A stretch of 64,000 nt of DNA from Lingula anatina (GCA_051362555.1 CM120640.1:45982788-46046787), one strand, 5' to 3'. Counted from the first letter of the stretch, positions 10,920-24,299 are shown. Numbers and translations: made by a program. Notes: generated by a model from the letters alone, not told the origin.

Positions 10920-13285
10920 AGGGTTTTCTCTTTACTTCTCTGTCAAATAACGCACACAGCTCAAATTACGATTGTCATCCTATTTTCTTCAGAATATTTA
11001 TTATATCATCACCTGATGTCACTTAAGGTACCCCTTCCCGGTACCTTCTAGTCCGTCGTTGTGGATTTGCAAGGAAACTCGATTTTGAATCACTTGATTT
11101 GAGTGCCTACCTCATGTACAATTTTCGTTTTCCAAAATCACATCACAAAAGACTTCGTTTCACTTTTCTATGTGTTCAGATTTTACTGCAAATTTTACAT
11201 AGTTGTCTAGTATTAGCGTTTGCAGTAGAAGGGTTTCATACCAACTATATACTTCTGACATTATTTTAATATCCAATGCAAATATTCTTTATTCAATATA
11301 TATCTATTTTCATAGCGTGATATATTTCAAAAACCAGTTCCATATCATTGCATATATATATATATAAAGACAAAAAAACGAACAAAGTTAATCTCTTCTC
11401 TCCATTTTAATTTACATAAGTCCCTACAGCGTCAGGGGCGTAAACAGATCAAAATACAAAACCGTTTGTAATCAGTCTTTTTTTTTTTGCGCTCTTCCAA
11501 ATATACATTTAAAGCATAAGGATTTTACTTTGGATAGTTTTCACTCCCCCAGGTATAATTATTTCCTCCGCGTTAATTACGTCTTACCAATGGGGCTAAA
11601 ATTACACTACCACCAAGGTAGTTAATTTCAACGGCGGTGCTAAATGACGATTTGTCACGCACAGAGGAACTCATTTTTCAGTCTGGGTTCATGAAATTAC
11701 ACCACAACAGAAACCATAGTAACATCTATTATAACGTTATGACACAGAACTCGCGTGACAGAACAGTGATTAGACACTGCGGTATTCCTCCAAAATGACA
11801 ATGCTATAAACAAACTAAGAACATGACAAGAGTGAAATGGAATGGTGCAAGTCTTTATTGATCTGTAATATAAGATCCGATCACTACTGCCGTTCCGTCT
11901 TTTTTTAAAGTATCATCAATATAACCGCTATACTTCATAGCTACTGAAAGGTACAAAAAGATGCATAGCATGCATAGGTCGAGTTGAAATCACGAGATTT
12001 TTCATACTGCAAGTATGACTTATAAGTTCACCAATAATTTCAATTCATGATAGTTAATATTTGGTTAAAATTATATGTGCGTAATTTAATCCATCACCCA
12101 TCTGACTGCAGGTGCCAGTAATCTGAACAAATATTAATTTCTTTCAATGCAGGTGGTTATTAAACGATTATAATCCGTCAGATAAAGAACAGCTCCCTTG
12201 GCGACCATCAAAATAAACTGTAAGGTAACATTATCCGTTTTGCAAGCAGTGGAAGACAAAGCATATCAATATTCCCTCAAGGAAGCGTTGACTTGCTGTT
12301 TTACCAATTAGTCAAACGCTGTGGAAATCACAGTGGTTTCAATAGTTATAACCGGATTCAAGTCGCTTTAACACATTTTCATGACCACGTTCTATGCCAT
12401 TTAAGTACTGTAATATGAAAGTGAGCAGTGGTGATCAAATGCTCGCAATACATGTTGGTTGAGTATTTCATGTTATTGTCGAAAGACCCACATGCATGTT
12501 CCAGTATCAAATATATGCGTTAATGTTTACCGTAAACTGATGAATTTTGATCAGATAAAAGCCGTAATACTAGTATGCACGCCGAGTATAATATTCAATA
12601 AAGTCATAACAGTGTGTCCAAATGGCATCAGTTTAAATTGATGCCGTTTTGTGTTCCCACAAATTATAAGTAAACAAGAAATCTGTATGCATGTAAAATG
12701 CATTGATTTTACAAGAGCTACCTGTACTTATAAAACCAAGGCAAACAAAAATCCTGGTTTTTAATATAGCTCTTTGCACTTAACAGATTGTCTCCATGAT
12801 AGCGTGGGCTGCGCAGTTACTTCCACTGCTAACTGATGTAAATGTCATGCTAAAAATACGTTTTTAATACCCTCAACTTATTCACCCATATAAATAAATT
12901 ATGGTTATGAAAAAACATCTTACACGCCAAAAAGCAACAGACTGGGCCTTGGACGAAGACTTTTTTTTCGTCCAAGCTCGAGTTATTTTAGTATTTTTTG
13001 GCCAAAAAAATCCCTTGCAAATACAGTCACATGAATTAATTTGACGTTTCATTAAGGCAAGACGGGCCAATCAAAATCCACACAGGAAACCACGTGAACA
13101 AGCTGTCCAGTGAGAATGAACTCTGCAACCATGTGATGATTTTGTCATACAATCCCAAAAGGAACAGTACACAATGTACTATCCTAATTAATCCTGCAAT
13201 CACTAGGGAAAAGGTTTTTATATATTTGCTATTGAAGGTGTATCCACCATTTGATAATTATGAAGAATATCCTTGCCACATAAGA

Positions 13286-13732
13286 TCATATGGTTATCTC
13301 TCCTGCATGATTCATGTAGCCATAAGTATTATAATGATCCATTCCCTTACTGGAAGACATACCATGCCAGTCTGAGTTCACATAGGGATCTTTTTGTGTT
13401 AATCCTCCATTTATTTGCAACAAACTACTGTCTATACTTGTCCGTGAAGTTCTTTTTAATGTCCTTATATAACTCTCTTTCTCAAATGCAACATTATCAA
13501 AACTGTAGACAGATACAGATTCCAAAATGTCTGTCATGGTGATGGTGCCATTGCCCATTTTCTTTCGATGGTGGTGCTGACTACTCAGGCCTGAGCTTGA
13601 TGCATAAGCAGTGGAGGAGCGTTCGCTGCTCTCTTGTGAGGGAAGTACTGTTAAAGGTCTCTCCACACTTCGACTCTCGATCACATTTTCCAAGAGAATC
13701 ACCATAAATGTGTAGCAGTAGATATATTCCAC
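13286..13732 (-). CDS. Ptp36E: Ptp36E-like PTP long terminal exon (VEYIYCYTFMVILLENV...Ser-rich tail...NHAGEITI*)
   Basis: ttttcacttcag|GTG GAA TAT; 447 nt to TGA; the EYxxCY motif closes D2; corresponds to the 154-aa ORF in the track. Confidence 0.9.
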   Translation of the reverse strand: MEYIYCYTFMVILLENVIESRSVERPLTVLPSQESSERSSTAYASSSGLSSQHHHRKKMGNGTITMTDILESVSVYSFDNVAFEKESYIRTLKRTSRTSIDSSLLQINGGLTQKDPYVNSDWHGMSSSKGMDHYNTYGYMNHAGEITI

Positions 13733-15484
13733 CTGAAGTGAAAATTGCATAAGTGTTAATTATTACTTCTTTTAAAAATTAACAAGTTCAATCATATCTT
13801 AAAGGAACAATATGAAAATATGAAATCATTGAGAAAGTATGATTCCTACTGAAGATTAGACTGGCTATGGTATTTTAAAAATACATTTCATTATTTTTTC
13901 ATCAAATTTCATTCTGGTAAATGTAAATTGTATTTTTAGAACGTGATATTTTAATATAAATATATGATAACATAAAAATACAATTACTATATATGTTGCA
14001 TAATATTAATATGCCACTCCATCCTAAAACCCATTTCCCCTTATTATTCATGCCAATATGTCACCAATTCCAAGTTATTTACAAAGAAGCAATGCATTAT
14101 GATTTCAATTTGATGTATACAGTTTCAAACATACAAGTATGCTGGAAAAGAAAAACAAATCCAATGTACCTGTGGTGGATCACATACACTATGCACTGTA
14201 CATTTATAAACAAAATGTTAGTATTGCTACCTGCGTATTAAATCCAATAAGCATTTCATTAGTAATATACAACCTTTGCTCAGTTTACACAAGCAATCTG
14301 TGGCAAACAGTTAGCCCCAATAGTTGTTGTTTTTTCTACTTTATTAAAATTCACATTTAATGTAAATGAACTGACTTGTGTTCAAGTCAATTTTTAACAG
14401 CCAATTTAATCTTTTTAACATATATGTACTTAAGTAAAATGTTATTTATACCTACAAGGTGCGTTTAATAAATTTGTGAAGGTTAAAGAGCATAATGAGG
14501 GTGATGTTTCTTAAGTAAAGAGCTTTAATGTAAATACTGACACCTCTTAATGTGTTTGATACATGTAAATTGCACATATTTTGAACACCCTTAATATTAA
14601 ACTTTCAAATATATTCATTATCAAAGTCTTCTTGTTAAAAGAAATAAAAAATATCATGGGTTAAATGACAGAGAATAACCTATATTAGATGCCTAGCCAC
14701 GTGTTGCCTGGATTGTAGTCAGTCTCACAAACTAAAGAGAATCAATAATGTAAAAAAAAAACATTTGATCACTGACTATTGTTCATATCATATCTTCCAG
14801 ATAAAAACTTGTGCACAATTTTCATAAAGATGTTTAACAACAAAACTTAAAACTTTTGCAGTGTTTATTCACAATCAGGGTGACCTAGCTTACAGGTAAA
14901 ATGGTGTTTATGAAATATTCATCTATTTAAATCAGTGCACTCCATGACAAAGACTAAGTAGTTGATGCCATGAGGTCTTTGTTGACTGATTACACCAAAT
15001 TTGAAATAAAGTAGAACAGAAATAGCTGGATCATTAAGAAATTTCTACACTTGTGCAATTTATACACATAAACTTTTTGTATATTCTTAAGTCAATATAC
15101 TTATGTTACATCTTCTACTTGATATCACTAATAAAATGCCACCAAATCCACATTGGAAATCAAAGTTCAAATCTAGGTTGGGAAGACAGATAAAGGATGT
15201 TGTTTTAAAGACTGGGTATTTCAATTTGAGTCGTAAATAAGTCAAATAAATACTAAAAGACCATCCTATGTTTTGAAATTCTTCTCCACCTTATATTGAG
15301 CCAACATCTTGGATGCCAAATTTTTATTGTTGAAAATTTGTTTAAAAAAATGTGGAACAATACGCACATACTAGTAACACCCTGAACCAAAATGCTAAAT
15401 TGTTATACCAGCAGTAGTTGATAAGTAACTTAATAAATGAGCCATGCAGTGATCTGTGTTAAGTCACCTTTGACATTGGAGACC

Positions 15485-15550
15485 TTAACAAGAAGTGAGG
15501 TCATATTCCAATGCATCCGCCATGAAACTGTAACAGAAATAAAGCTCTTC
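15485..15550 (-). CDS. Ptp36E: Alternative short terminal coding exon of the PTP gene (EELYFCYSFMADALEYDLTSC*)
   Basis: Strong acceptor ttccctccctttcttgcag; phase-0 start; 22 codons ending TAA; aligns with the start of the distal last exon (VEYIYCYTFM). Confidence 0.75.
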   Translation of the reverse strand, partial: EELYFCYSFMADALEYDLTSC

Positions 15551-16397
15551 CTGCAAGAAAGGGAGGGAACAGAGTGAAAGTCAGTTTTTACAGAAAGTCA
15601 GTGACAAGAAAGGAAAATGTCCTATTTAGACACAATGCATACAATTAGGTCCAAAACTTAACATAAAAGATTGATAGCAACGATGAAGATGAAATAACTC
15701 AATATTAAGTATATGACAAATAAAGGAGAAATGTGTCATCAAAAGTTTTCATAAGATTTGATATTAAGGCAAGAAAATGGTATTCCTGCATTATACTTAT
15801 TGTCTCCTGTGAGGATCTATGGTAATTTTTTAATTGCAGCATAATTCATTGTGAAGATTACATATCACAGTCAAGTAAAATGATATCATGTATATTCTAC
15901 TGAATCAGATTCCTTTGTAAACTTATACCAAACTGAATGCTGACAGGAGTTGAACAGCATTTCCAAGATCATATTATGAATTTCTGCTTGGTTACAACTT
16001 TTTCCAATTAAAGAAAAAATGTGCTGACATAGATGCTTAATGTCAAATAAATAAAACAGTGTCTGTACACAAAAATACTTAAAAAATAAGTAAATAAATG
16101 CATTTTAATATATATACAGATTATTTGAACTCTTTATTTTATCACATATTTCCATTTTTAATTCTTCCAAGCTTTTTCAAAACTGAAATCATAAACAATT
16201 CAATACAAATCTTTGGTCCATCTATTAGTAATACTTTTTACCTAAGCAAAGAAAGTAATATTCTCTTCTTTAACTTTCCCACTGTAATTTTTATCTCATA
16301 TGTTTAAATTTAAATTGATTCCATTATTCATTAAAACAAATTTGGAAATTTTAATAAAAGTTGTATAAAAATGTTTTCATAAACAAATATTGCTTAC

Positions 16398-16533
16398 CAA
16401 ATTCTCTACCAGCTGAGGGCGATTCATCTTGACAGTTTTTACTGCCTTAAAAATGTCCACTTCTCCTTCAGCCTTCAGTTTCTCGCACGCCATGCTAATT
16501 GCACAGAACACACCACAGCGACTCACACCATTC
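16398..16533 (-). CDS. Ptp36E: Ptp36E-like PTP D2 exon (KNGVSRCGVFCAISMACEKLKAEGEVDIFKAVKTVKMNRPQLVENL)
   Basis: tttccag|...|gtaagc, 136 nt; EVDIFxAVKTVxxNRPQLVEN motif. Confidence 0.96.
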
Positions 16534-16893
16534 CTGGAAAGAGGGATTATATTATTCCAATATTATATACTTCTTTATTATGTGAGATATTAAGACAGTT
16601 TTTATCAAACACATTTTTCATGGAATGGTGCATGTGTGTATGTGTCTGTGCATGCTTGCGTGCGTATTTCATGTGTATTTGAGTTTGCAATGTGTTTGTC
16701 TCATCACATTATGGTAAATAAAATTATCCATTTAATAACTCACAATGATATATAAATATTATGCAAAACAAATTTTCTCAGATTTCCTTTAAAAATGAAT
16801 AAAAACCCACTTTTTCAATTATCAAGGTTGAGGGTCTGCTTTGAATTCATTCAGTTAAATTTTAAAATACATGAGAGAAAATGTCATCCATAC

Positions 16894-17084
16894 TTGGACA
16901 TGACGCAGATTGGACCCCTCCTGGCTGCGTTCTTCAGTTGACTTTGTTCAACCATGTTAAGAAGGTCTAGTAGAGCAGAATTGGAGGTGGGCACCTTATG
17001 TCCACTCGGCCAGCAAGTCAGCTGGAACATACTGACCGTCCTGGAGTCCTGCTCCTCTACCTTGGTGTCCAGGCTGGCCAGGTT
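16894..17084 (-). CDS. Ptp36E: Ptp36E-like PTP D2 exon (NLASLDTKVEEQDSRTVSMFQLTCWPSGHKVPTSNSALLDLLNMVEQSQLKNAARRGPICVMS)
   Basis: cattccag|...|gtatgg, 191 nt; FQLTCWPxGHKVPTS matches recalled insect Ptp36E D2; the HC position reads MS. Confidence 0.94.
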
Positions 17085-19469
17085 CTGGAATGACCATTAT
17101 AGTGCAGTTAATTCTTTTTGGGGATTCTATAAAAATCACTTTTACACAGATAAGCATTTATTCAACAACTTCCTATTAACACATGCATGCATGAGTACTT
17201 AAAAGATCTTCCAAATTTCAAGGATGTGGAAAACGCTTTCTTTTTGCTGTTTATGATGTTTTTACAAATATGCACTGATGAGACAGTAGTTGCAAATTTA
17301 ACATTTTCACCTTTTATAGCTGAATTGATATCTAATGTATAGTGTAAATTGAAATTTTCAGTAGTGTTTATTTCTTATATCAAATGTTCATCTCAATTTG
17401 CATGAAATACAATAAGACAAAACAAGAATTCCATGAAAAACTGAATAAAATCAACTAGTTTAATCAAATCAGTTTTCCAAAGGTTGTTAACAAGCACAGA
17501 TACACTGTTATTTAGGGTATAATTTGATTGTGGTTATAATATTGGAAATCTATTAAGTAAACTGTACTGTATAATTCAAACCATGCATGGGCCCCTATTA
17601 AAATCTACCTCCCTACACCTTATATATATATATATATATGTTTTAAGTTAGTGCCGTCAACAGATATTATCTTAGACTACTAGGATTAATATAATTGCCT
17701 TATTGTAGCTAAAGGCTACCACCTGTATGTGAAAAAAGTATGACGATGAAAAACATGCAAAAAAAAAAAAAAAAAAAAAAAAAAATTATCGATAGGTTGT
17801 TGTGATAAACCATGCAAACTTCTGCTTTGAAATTATATATTCATAAATGTCAATAACCTGTAATATATGAAAGCAAGAGCCAATAGAAACCAAGTGAATA
17901 AAAATCAGATTGTGAAATGCATCTTCATTTTCAATCTAAGCTATCAACTTTCAAAATTCAAATCCACTGTTTGAAACATTCAAAAACATACATTAATACC
18001 ACCAAAAATATGAAGAGTGATTTAAAACATCAGATACAGTTTTCTTAATTAACAAAATATCTAAACATAACCCTAATCATAAATAAAATCAAGTATTAAA
18101 AAAAAAAAAAAAAAAAAAAAAAACAGTGAGATTACAACATCATTGACTAAATACTGATGTCAAATTGACACTGTATGCCCACTGGAATTGCACGATCTCT
18201 CAACTCAGAATATCTTTTAATGCAAAACATGCACTAATTTCAACCAAGAGATCTGAGTAGACTATCCAACACCCTTCTGACAGTTCATTTTTAACTGGCT
18301 CTACTGTATATGACATATGTCATTCCAGCTATAATCAAGATGTTGACACGCATTATTTCACAATTTCTTTACAAAAATATTGTTTAGACATATATTTAAA
18401 AAAATGGAAAAAATGGTTTGTTTGATTATAGAGGTAGGACTGCTGAAGTAATTCAGACCTAGATCTGGTATAGTGAAATTTAGCATGAGAAGACAAAGGC
18501 AGCTACAACTCTATTAATGTAAAGTCAAACAGCAAATAGGTTACACACAAATAGTCTACGCACAATCTAGAGGTTGAAATTGGAACCCAATCCCTAACTC
18601 TCGGGTCCTCAAAAAGCAGGGAAAAAAAATGAACTGGTCTCCTCTATCAGTGAATAAAGCCAAAGAAATAACAGAATTGGTTCTTACTGCCTTACAACAG
18701 GATACTTTCAGCTAACAGAAAATAAAAGACACCTTTATGTTAATGATTTATCTCATGTATATGACAGATGCAATATTAAGAAGTACATGACGGATGCAAT
18801 GTTAAGAATTAATCAAATGCCCAATATCTCATCTCTGTAATATTATTGCAATCTTTGCACTAATTACAAACAAAACTCCTGAAATAATAAATGTTAATGT
18901 TAACACCTACTATATTACTAGATCCTTTATTTTCTACTTATCATTGCCGTTCAGAAATAAACATCCAATTTTATTGTGAGATGATTATGAATGTGTCTTT
19001 TTTGTTTTTACTATGAAAATTTTTATCAGGAAAAAAACATAGGACAAAATGATCACAGAAGTGTCATATCACTCATGCACCTCATTATCAAGACATGCTT
19101 GAAACAACCCAGGCTTCTGATATATTCAGTCTTTAGGCAGATGGCTCTGAAGCTTAGATCTCAACATATATCTATTACAACAAGACATGTCTTAGACAGG
19201 CCTAGGACACATTCCCTGGCACCAAAAGCAATTTATTAGACCCCACCTTTACCAAATGAAACATTCTGATACCTATTCCTGGCAGGCAACTAGTAAAAAG
19301 ATCATCAACACACCTGCATCAGCACCAACATGCAGTTTTTTTCCCAAACATACTTGATTATGTGGACATGCCCTCAGCCTCGAGCTGGGGATAACTATTT
19401 CTCAAATGCCAGAACCTAAGACTTATATCGCATCATATCATATCATAAAAACACAAATTGGTTTTATAC

Positions 19470-19508
19470 CTGAGCCAGAAGCTGAATGTCTATTTTTTTA
19501 ACCCTTCT
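19470..19508 (-). CDS. Ptp36E: Candidate 39-nt in-frame cassette micro-exon of the PTP gene (RRVKKIDIQLLAQ)
   Basis: tatttatttcag|AGAAGG...GCTCAG|gtataa; phase 0/0, no stop codon, inside a phase-0 intron. Confidence 0.5.
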
Positions 19509-20659
19509 CTGAAATAAATATGGAGTGACAGGAGTTTAATTTTGGAAACATTGATGAAACAGACATGTTGTAGTTAGAAATGACTGAAAACATCAGCTTA
19601 CATGTACAAAACAGATTATGGTAATTACTCGATCTTGTAATGGAGGAAAATTGTGAATTTGACAGATAATGTATTTTGGAGTCATAATTTCTAAAAATAT
19701 GAACATTTTTATTGAGTGGTGGCAACAAAATTAAAAAGCAGGCTGCTCTATAGTTCTATTATATGCAGTTAAAGCACCACAAATTCTATATAGAAATAAA
19801 ATTTTGTGATCATGAAATTCTGTATCTGAAGATTTGATATTTTTGAAAAAATTGAGGAATTACCATTAGTAAACAAACACCCAATTCTTTGCTTGTAAAA
19901 AATATTATGTCCTTGCATTTTACTTAATTGTTTTGATCATTATTTTGTCAGACTACAGCCTATGATCTTGCCAATGAATTGGCTTAAAAATATTGTGCTG
20001 AGCAATAAGATATACAACAAAGCACTGTTATAAAACATGTTAATCTGCATGCAAATGTTTTATTTCCTTCGTTTAATATTTTCATTGATTCAATTTTTCG
20101 GGGGCGGGGGGTTTGGACATATACTATATGCACACTAAAATAAAATTGTGTGTGCGCATACACACATTAATTTATTTTGACCCAAGTGTTTTTTTGTGAT
20201 AATTTATTTTTATACAAACTCAAAAGTGTTTTTTCATCTCTTGAGTTGACCCCAATTTGCACATGGATATCAATGAAGTTGAAGTTAATCTGAGGATCAA
20301 AGCTTATTTCATTTTTATCCCAAGATCTAGAAAAAAAATTTCTTTTGTGCATCATGTTTATGAAGATCAGGTGTGTTGGGCTTAGTTATGTCATCTAAGA
20401 ATTCATTTCCAAGTTAGTCAATATGTTTTAGTAGGCAAAACACTCATCATAAACATATATGAATATATACAGCAAATTGGAATACATTTGAGTTATTGTG
20501 CTTTTAAATTTACTCAATGATCCCTGTGTAAAGGAAAGGTAATGCCAGTTGTGCTTTAAACAAGATTCCCAAATTATTAAAAAAAAAATTAATATCATTG
20601 TATTTATTTGGCTATCATTTTTTAAAAAACTTGTTTTTAATCATACTGTACATTGATTA

Positions 20660-20999
20660 CACTAGTGGGCTAGATTTGGTCTTAAAGTGCAATTTGAGTT
20701 CAAAAGTGATCTTACACGATCTTAATCATTACAGCAGTAGTCTTAAAATGGACTGAATCTGCTTTTAAGATCAAAAATGATCTAACATCTACTTAAGTAG
20801 TCAAGTAGTTTCCTTCCCTCACAATGGGGGATACCTCCCCTCACAATAGAGGACACCTCTGCTCACAATAGGTGAATGTGTAAGGGGAGACAACTTAATT
20901 GGCAATCAGACTAGAAAGGGTCTTACTCATGTTTTAAGATCACGTAAGACTATCTGTGTTCTTAAATTGCATTTTAAGACCAAATCAAGCCCACTAGTG
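20660..20999. mobile_element. MITE with CACTAGTGGG termini (CACTA/EnSpm-like ends) and internal ~21-bp repeats
   Basis: Imperfect TIR CACTAGTGGGCTAGATTTGGTCTTAAA / TTTAAGACCAAATCAAGCCCACTAGTG extending ~65 bp; three CTCACAAT units at ~20811-20872. Confidence 0.78.
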
Positions 21000-21503
21000 T
21001 TAATTAGGCAGTTTTCTCATTGCTGTAACCTTAAGGGAAGATAAAACCACAACAGACCTCACCCAGGGATATTCGGCAAATAAGTTAAACAACATATTAA
21101 AACAACAGCATATGCCCAGACAGGTCTGGCATCACCATGCTGTTTGAGCAATTCAGGTGAAAAAACCTCCCTTGGTCTCAGTCTCAGTAGGTTAAAGAAG
21201 CATTGTTTGTTGCAGAAACCTTAATATCTCTCTCTGCCAAAAGCATGGGTATATCCAGCAAATTAAAGAGATTTTATATCATATTCAGTTTGATGAATTT
21301 CATACAGGTAATGGTTTGTTTAAAGCACCACTGAACAAAAAGGCATGTTCACACAGAGAGATAGCATTAGATGGGAGAGGATTGCCTGAAATCATAAGCA
21401 AAACCATATTGTGGAATTCACAATCCCACAGCAATGTGGTGGTCTTGGTGAAGTCTTTATATCTGGTGACATCAGTATGTCTGTTTTGGGACTATTAGAC
21501 TTG

Positions 21504-21789
21504 GGGCCTGTTTCACAAAAAAGACCTTATTCTTACTTATTTTTTCAGTGGAGGAGGGGGTCCGAAAGCTATATGCACTTGAAACAAAACAGTTACTTTA
21601 ATTGTCCTGCCACCGATTTTCACTCACAGTAGAGTCAAAAATGTTTTTTAAGCATGTCAACCACATAAATCAACATTGGTATATCGTTCACCAATATAAT
21701 AAACAACTTTTAAAATTGGCACAGTCAGCTCTACCAATTTTAACAAATCATCATTACCAACAATTCCAGTTGTTTTGTGAAACAGGCCC
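21504..21789. mobile_element. Harbinger-type MITE with 17-bp TIR
   Basis: Perfect TIR GGGCCTGTTTCACAAAA / TTTTGTGAAACAGGCCC; same terminus type as 32696-33254. Confidence 0.8.
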
Positions 21790-22449
21790 ATGCTATGAGC
21801 ACTCAGTCAATGTAAAGAGAAGATATCTGGTTTTAACGGAATACCACCAATTTCAGGTTATGAACTATTCACCTTGTAACTAGACCCCTGAAAACAAAGA
21901 AACATTAAAATGTTGTACTTTTGGAAATAGTCACCAAAACTAGCTAGGGTTAGCTACTATACTGTTATTATTGTGGCAAAAAGGTTGTGAATGCAATGTC
22001 CTGCAGAGACTATGCTGCTGGGTTGCCACACAGTCAAACATGGTACCTACACTTGCCAATTCTAGAAGATGATCATCAAGATTGGTGTAAACTGCACGCT
22101 GAAATGGGATATTCACAAAACTGGGGATATTTCATCACACATTTACAACAAAAAGTTCCAGGAGATTTCTCTCTCTTCCTTGAGTTTTTCTTTTTGAAAC
22201 ATTATATGCATGTGTAAACATGAATATTAATTCATGACACTAAGTTGTTGTTTTAAAAACCGTCTCATTTGTTACAAATCTGGAGCAGAGTTAATTCAGA
22301 TCCACATTTTCACTCTTTATTCTTTAAAAACAAATAATATAAACACATAGCTGAAGGGGGTCAAACAAAACCTACATTGATACAAGTGTTTCTCTATCTG
22401 TAATTAAACCTACTTTCTCATTTTTACAAGATTTCAGAATTCAGCATAC

Positions 22450-22572
22450 CTTCTTAACAGAGAAAATCCTGGTTTTAATATGTGGCCCAGTGTCTTGGTA
22501 GGTATACTGGACATTGACTGGCCCATACTTCTTTGTCTCCTTTAATTTTGTTGGCCAGAAGTAGGGGTAATT
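22450..22572 (-). CDS. Ptp36E: Ptp36E-like PTP D2 exon (NYPYFWPTKLKETKKYGPVNVQYTYQDTGPHIKTRIFSVKK)
   Basis: ttcgtcag|...|gtatgc, 123 nt; YPxFWP and KYGP motifs. Confidence 0.94.
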
Positions 22573-22974
22573 CTGACGAAAGACATAGAATTACAAATTA
22601 AATTTTAAAGCACAGGTTTTGGGACTGTTAGACTAGGGGACAAAAAAAAAAAAAAAAAAAAAAAAAGATGGAACCAATCTTCCATAAGCCTTGGAAAAAA
22701 AAAACAAAATTCACTAAAATTTTTGCTACTCTTATTATTAAATAGTGTATTTCTATTTCACCTTAATACAGATTTCTATTTCACCTTAATAAAATACAAA
22801 TCTATATTTATACCTTTATTATCCTGTGAGTTATTGATTTTTGTAAAGCGGGGAAAATGTCACTGAAGTTTCACAAGTCATTGACATTGTAAAACTAATA
22901 ATAAATCTAAAAAAGCAAGAAAAAAAAACAATGAAAAAAATTCTTTTTAAACTGGTGAATAATTTCATACTCAC

Positions 22975-23106
22975 CCTGGACTCTGGAATGTCATTAAGTA
23001 AAACAATAGTAGCAATCTGGTAATCATACACCATACGCCAAATATCGTTTATAGTGCACTTGAGCGGCCATTGGGTGACTATGAACGCTTGTTGGTGGCG
23101 ATAACC
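22975..23106 (-). CDS. Ptp36E: Ptp36E-like PTP D2 exon (GYRHQQAFIVTQWPLKCTINDIWRMVYDYQIATIVLLNDIPESR)
   Basis: tatctag|...|gtgagt, 132 nt; IVTQxPL and WRMVYDY motifs. Confidence 0.95.
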
Positions 23107-23600
23107 CTAGATAAATAAAAATTTAATCAGACAATTTCTTTCTTCATTTAAAAAATATTTTATCATAAACCATATCTTTTTAACTGTGGTAAGCAATGAA
23201 AGATGGAGATAAAGCTTGGTGTTGGTCAAAAGTTTATAAGAACTCCTTAAAATAAAGGTATTTGCAATACACCTCAATTATTAAGGTATGCATTCTGTGC
23301 AAGAAATAATATTTTTATGAAGAGGTGGAGTAGCTACTATAGTATCTCAAAAAGGTCTGCCCTTTGTAATTACTTGACAATAAAGAAGCATTTCTTTACA
23401 AAATATTTAATAGACTCAAGGGGTGTTTGAATTTATGTCCTCTGAGTCAAAATCTTTAGGCCAATCAAAGTGGACTCTTCAAAATGTTAAAAAAATTGTT
23501 TGTTTTGGGGATTAAATTCCTTTTAGTCATGGTTGTTTTATTTTTAAACTTAACAGCTAGTTAAAACCCACATTATCAATGGTTTTACTCATATACTTAC

Positions 23601-23677
23601 ATCAACATATACAGCATTTATGTAGTCTGAACTCTCTGTTCTCTCAAAGCTTAGCAGATAGGGCCTGGCTCTTTCAG
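23601..23677 (-). CDS. Ptp36E: Ptp36E-like PTP D2 exon (PERARPYLLSFERTESSDYINAVYVD)
   Basis: ttttctcag|...|gtaagt, 77 nt; RPYL and DYINAV motifs. Confidence 0.95.
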
Positions 23678-24199
23678 CTGAGAAAAAAATATCTAAGATG
23701 AGTATCAAATTTCCCATCCCAAAAACAAGTACTCATTGCTATCTGTTCACTACTACAACTATGGGCCTTGACAGGCAACAATGTGTTTGACTGTCAATGT
23801 GTTGTTACATACTTGAACTTAAAAATAAAGAAATGAATACTTATGCAAAAGGCTAATTTACACAATTTAAAATCAAAAAGAATTTGTATGTAACAGTTCA
23901 TCCAGCTTAAATCAAGTTAACAAGAATATGGATCTTCAAATCCTTAAGTTGCCAAGTATTTTCAAGTTTTGAAATGGCCGGACAAAGTGATGGTCAGTAT
24001 GATATAGAAAATTTGCAAAATGTCAGAAAATTTTGTACATTGTATTTCTGTTACAAAACCCTTATTCTATTCCTTTTTGAAGAATATTCAATTAGCAAAT
24101 ATCACATCATTTCAAAGGAAAATAATTTAAAGAACTGTAGGGAAAAACAGTTAATTGATATTGTAAAATAAGACTAGATTTATCTAAATTTTCCATTAC

Positions 24200-24299
24200 G
24201 TGGCTGAAGCATGATGTCCCTGCTCTTTTTCCTGTTTTCCACCCGATGTCCACCAGCACATTCCCCTACTGTTAGTTTGGGAACCACATTTTGCATGGT
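24200..24299 (-). CDS. Ptp36E: Ptp36E-like PTP D2 exon (TMQNVVPKLTVGECAGGHRVENRKKSRDIMLQP)
   Basis: attttcag|...|gtaatg, 100 nt; G(D/E)CAGGHRxxNRxKxRD is, as I recall it, a Ptp36E-subfamily signature. Confidence 0.93.

Noticed and set aside
20811-20872. Short regularly spaced repeats that could be mistaken for a CRISPR array
   Set aside because: Eukaryotic intron, no unique spacers, no cas genes; they are internal repeats of a MITE
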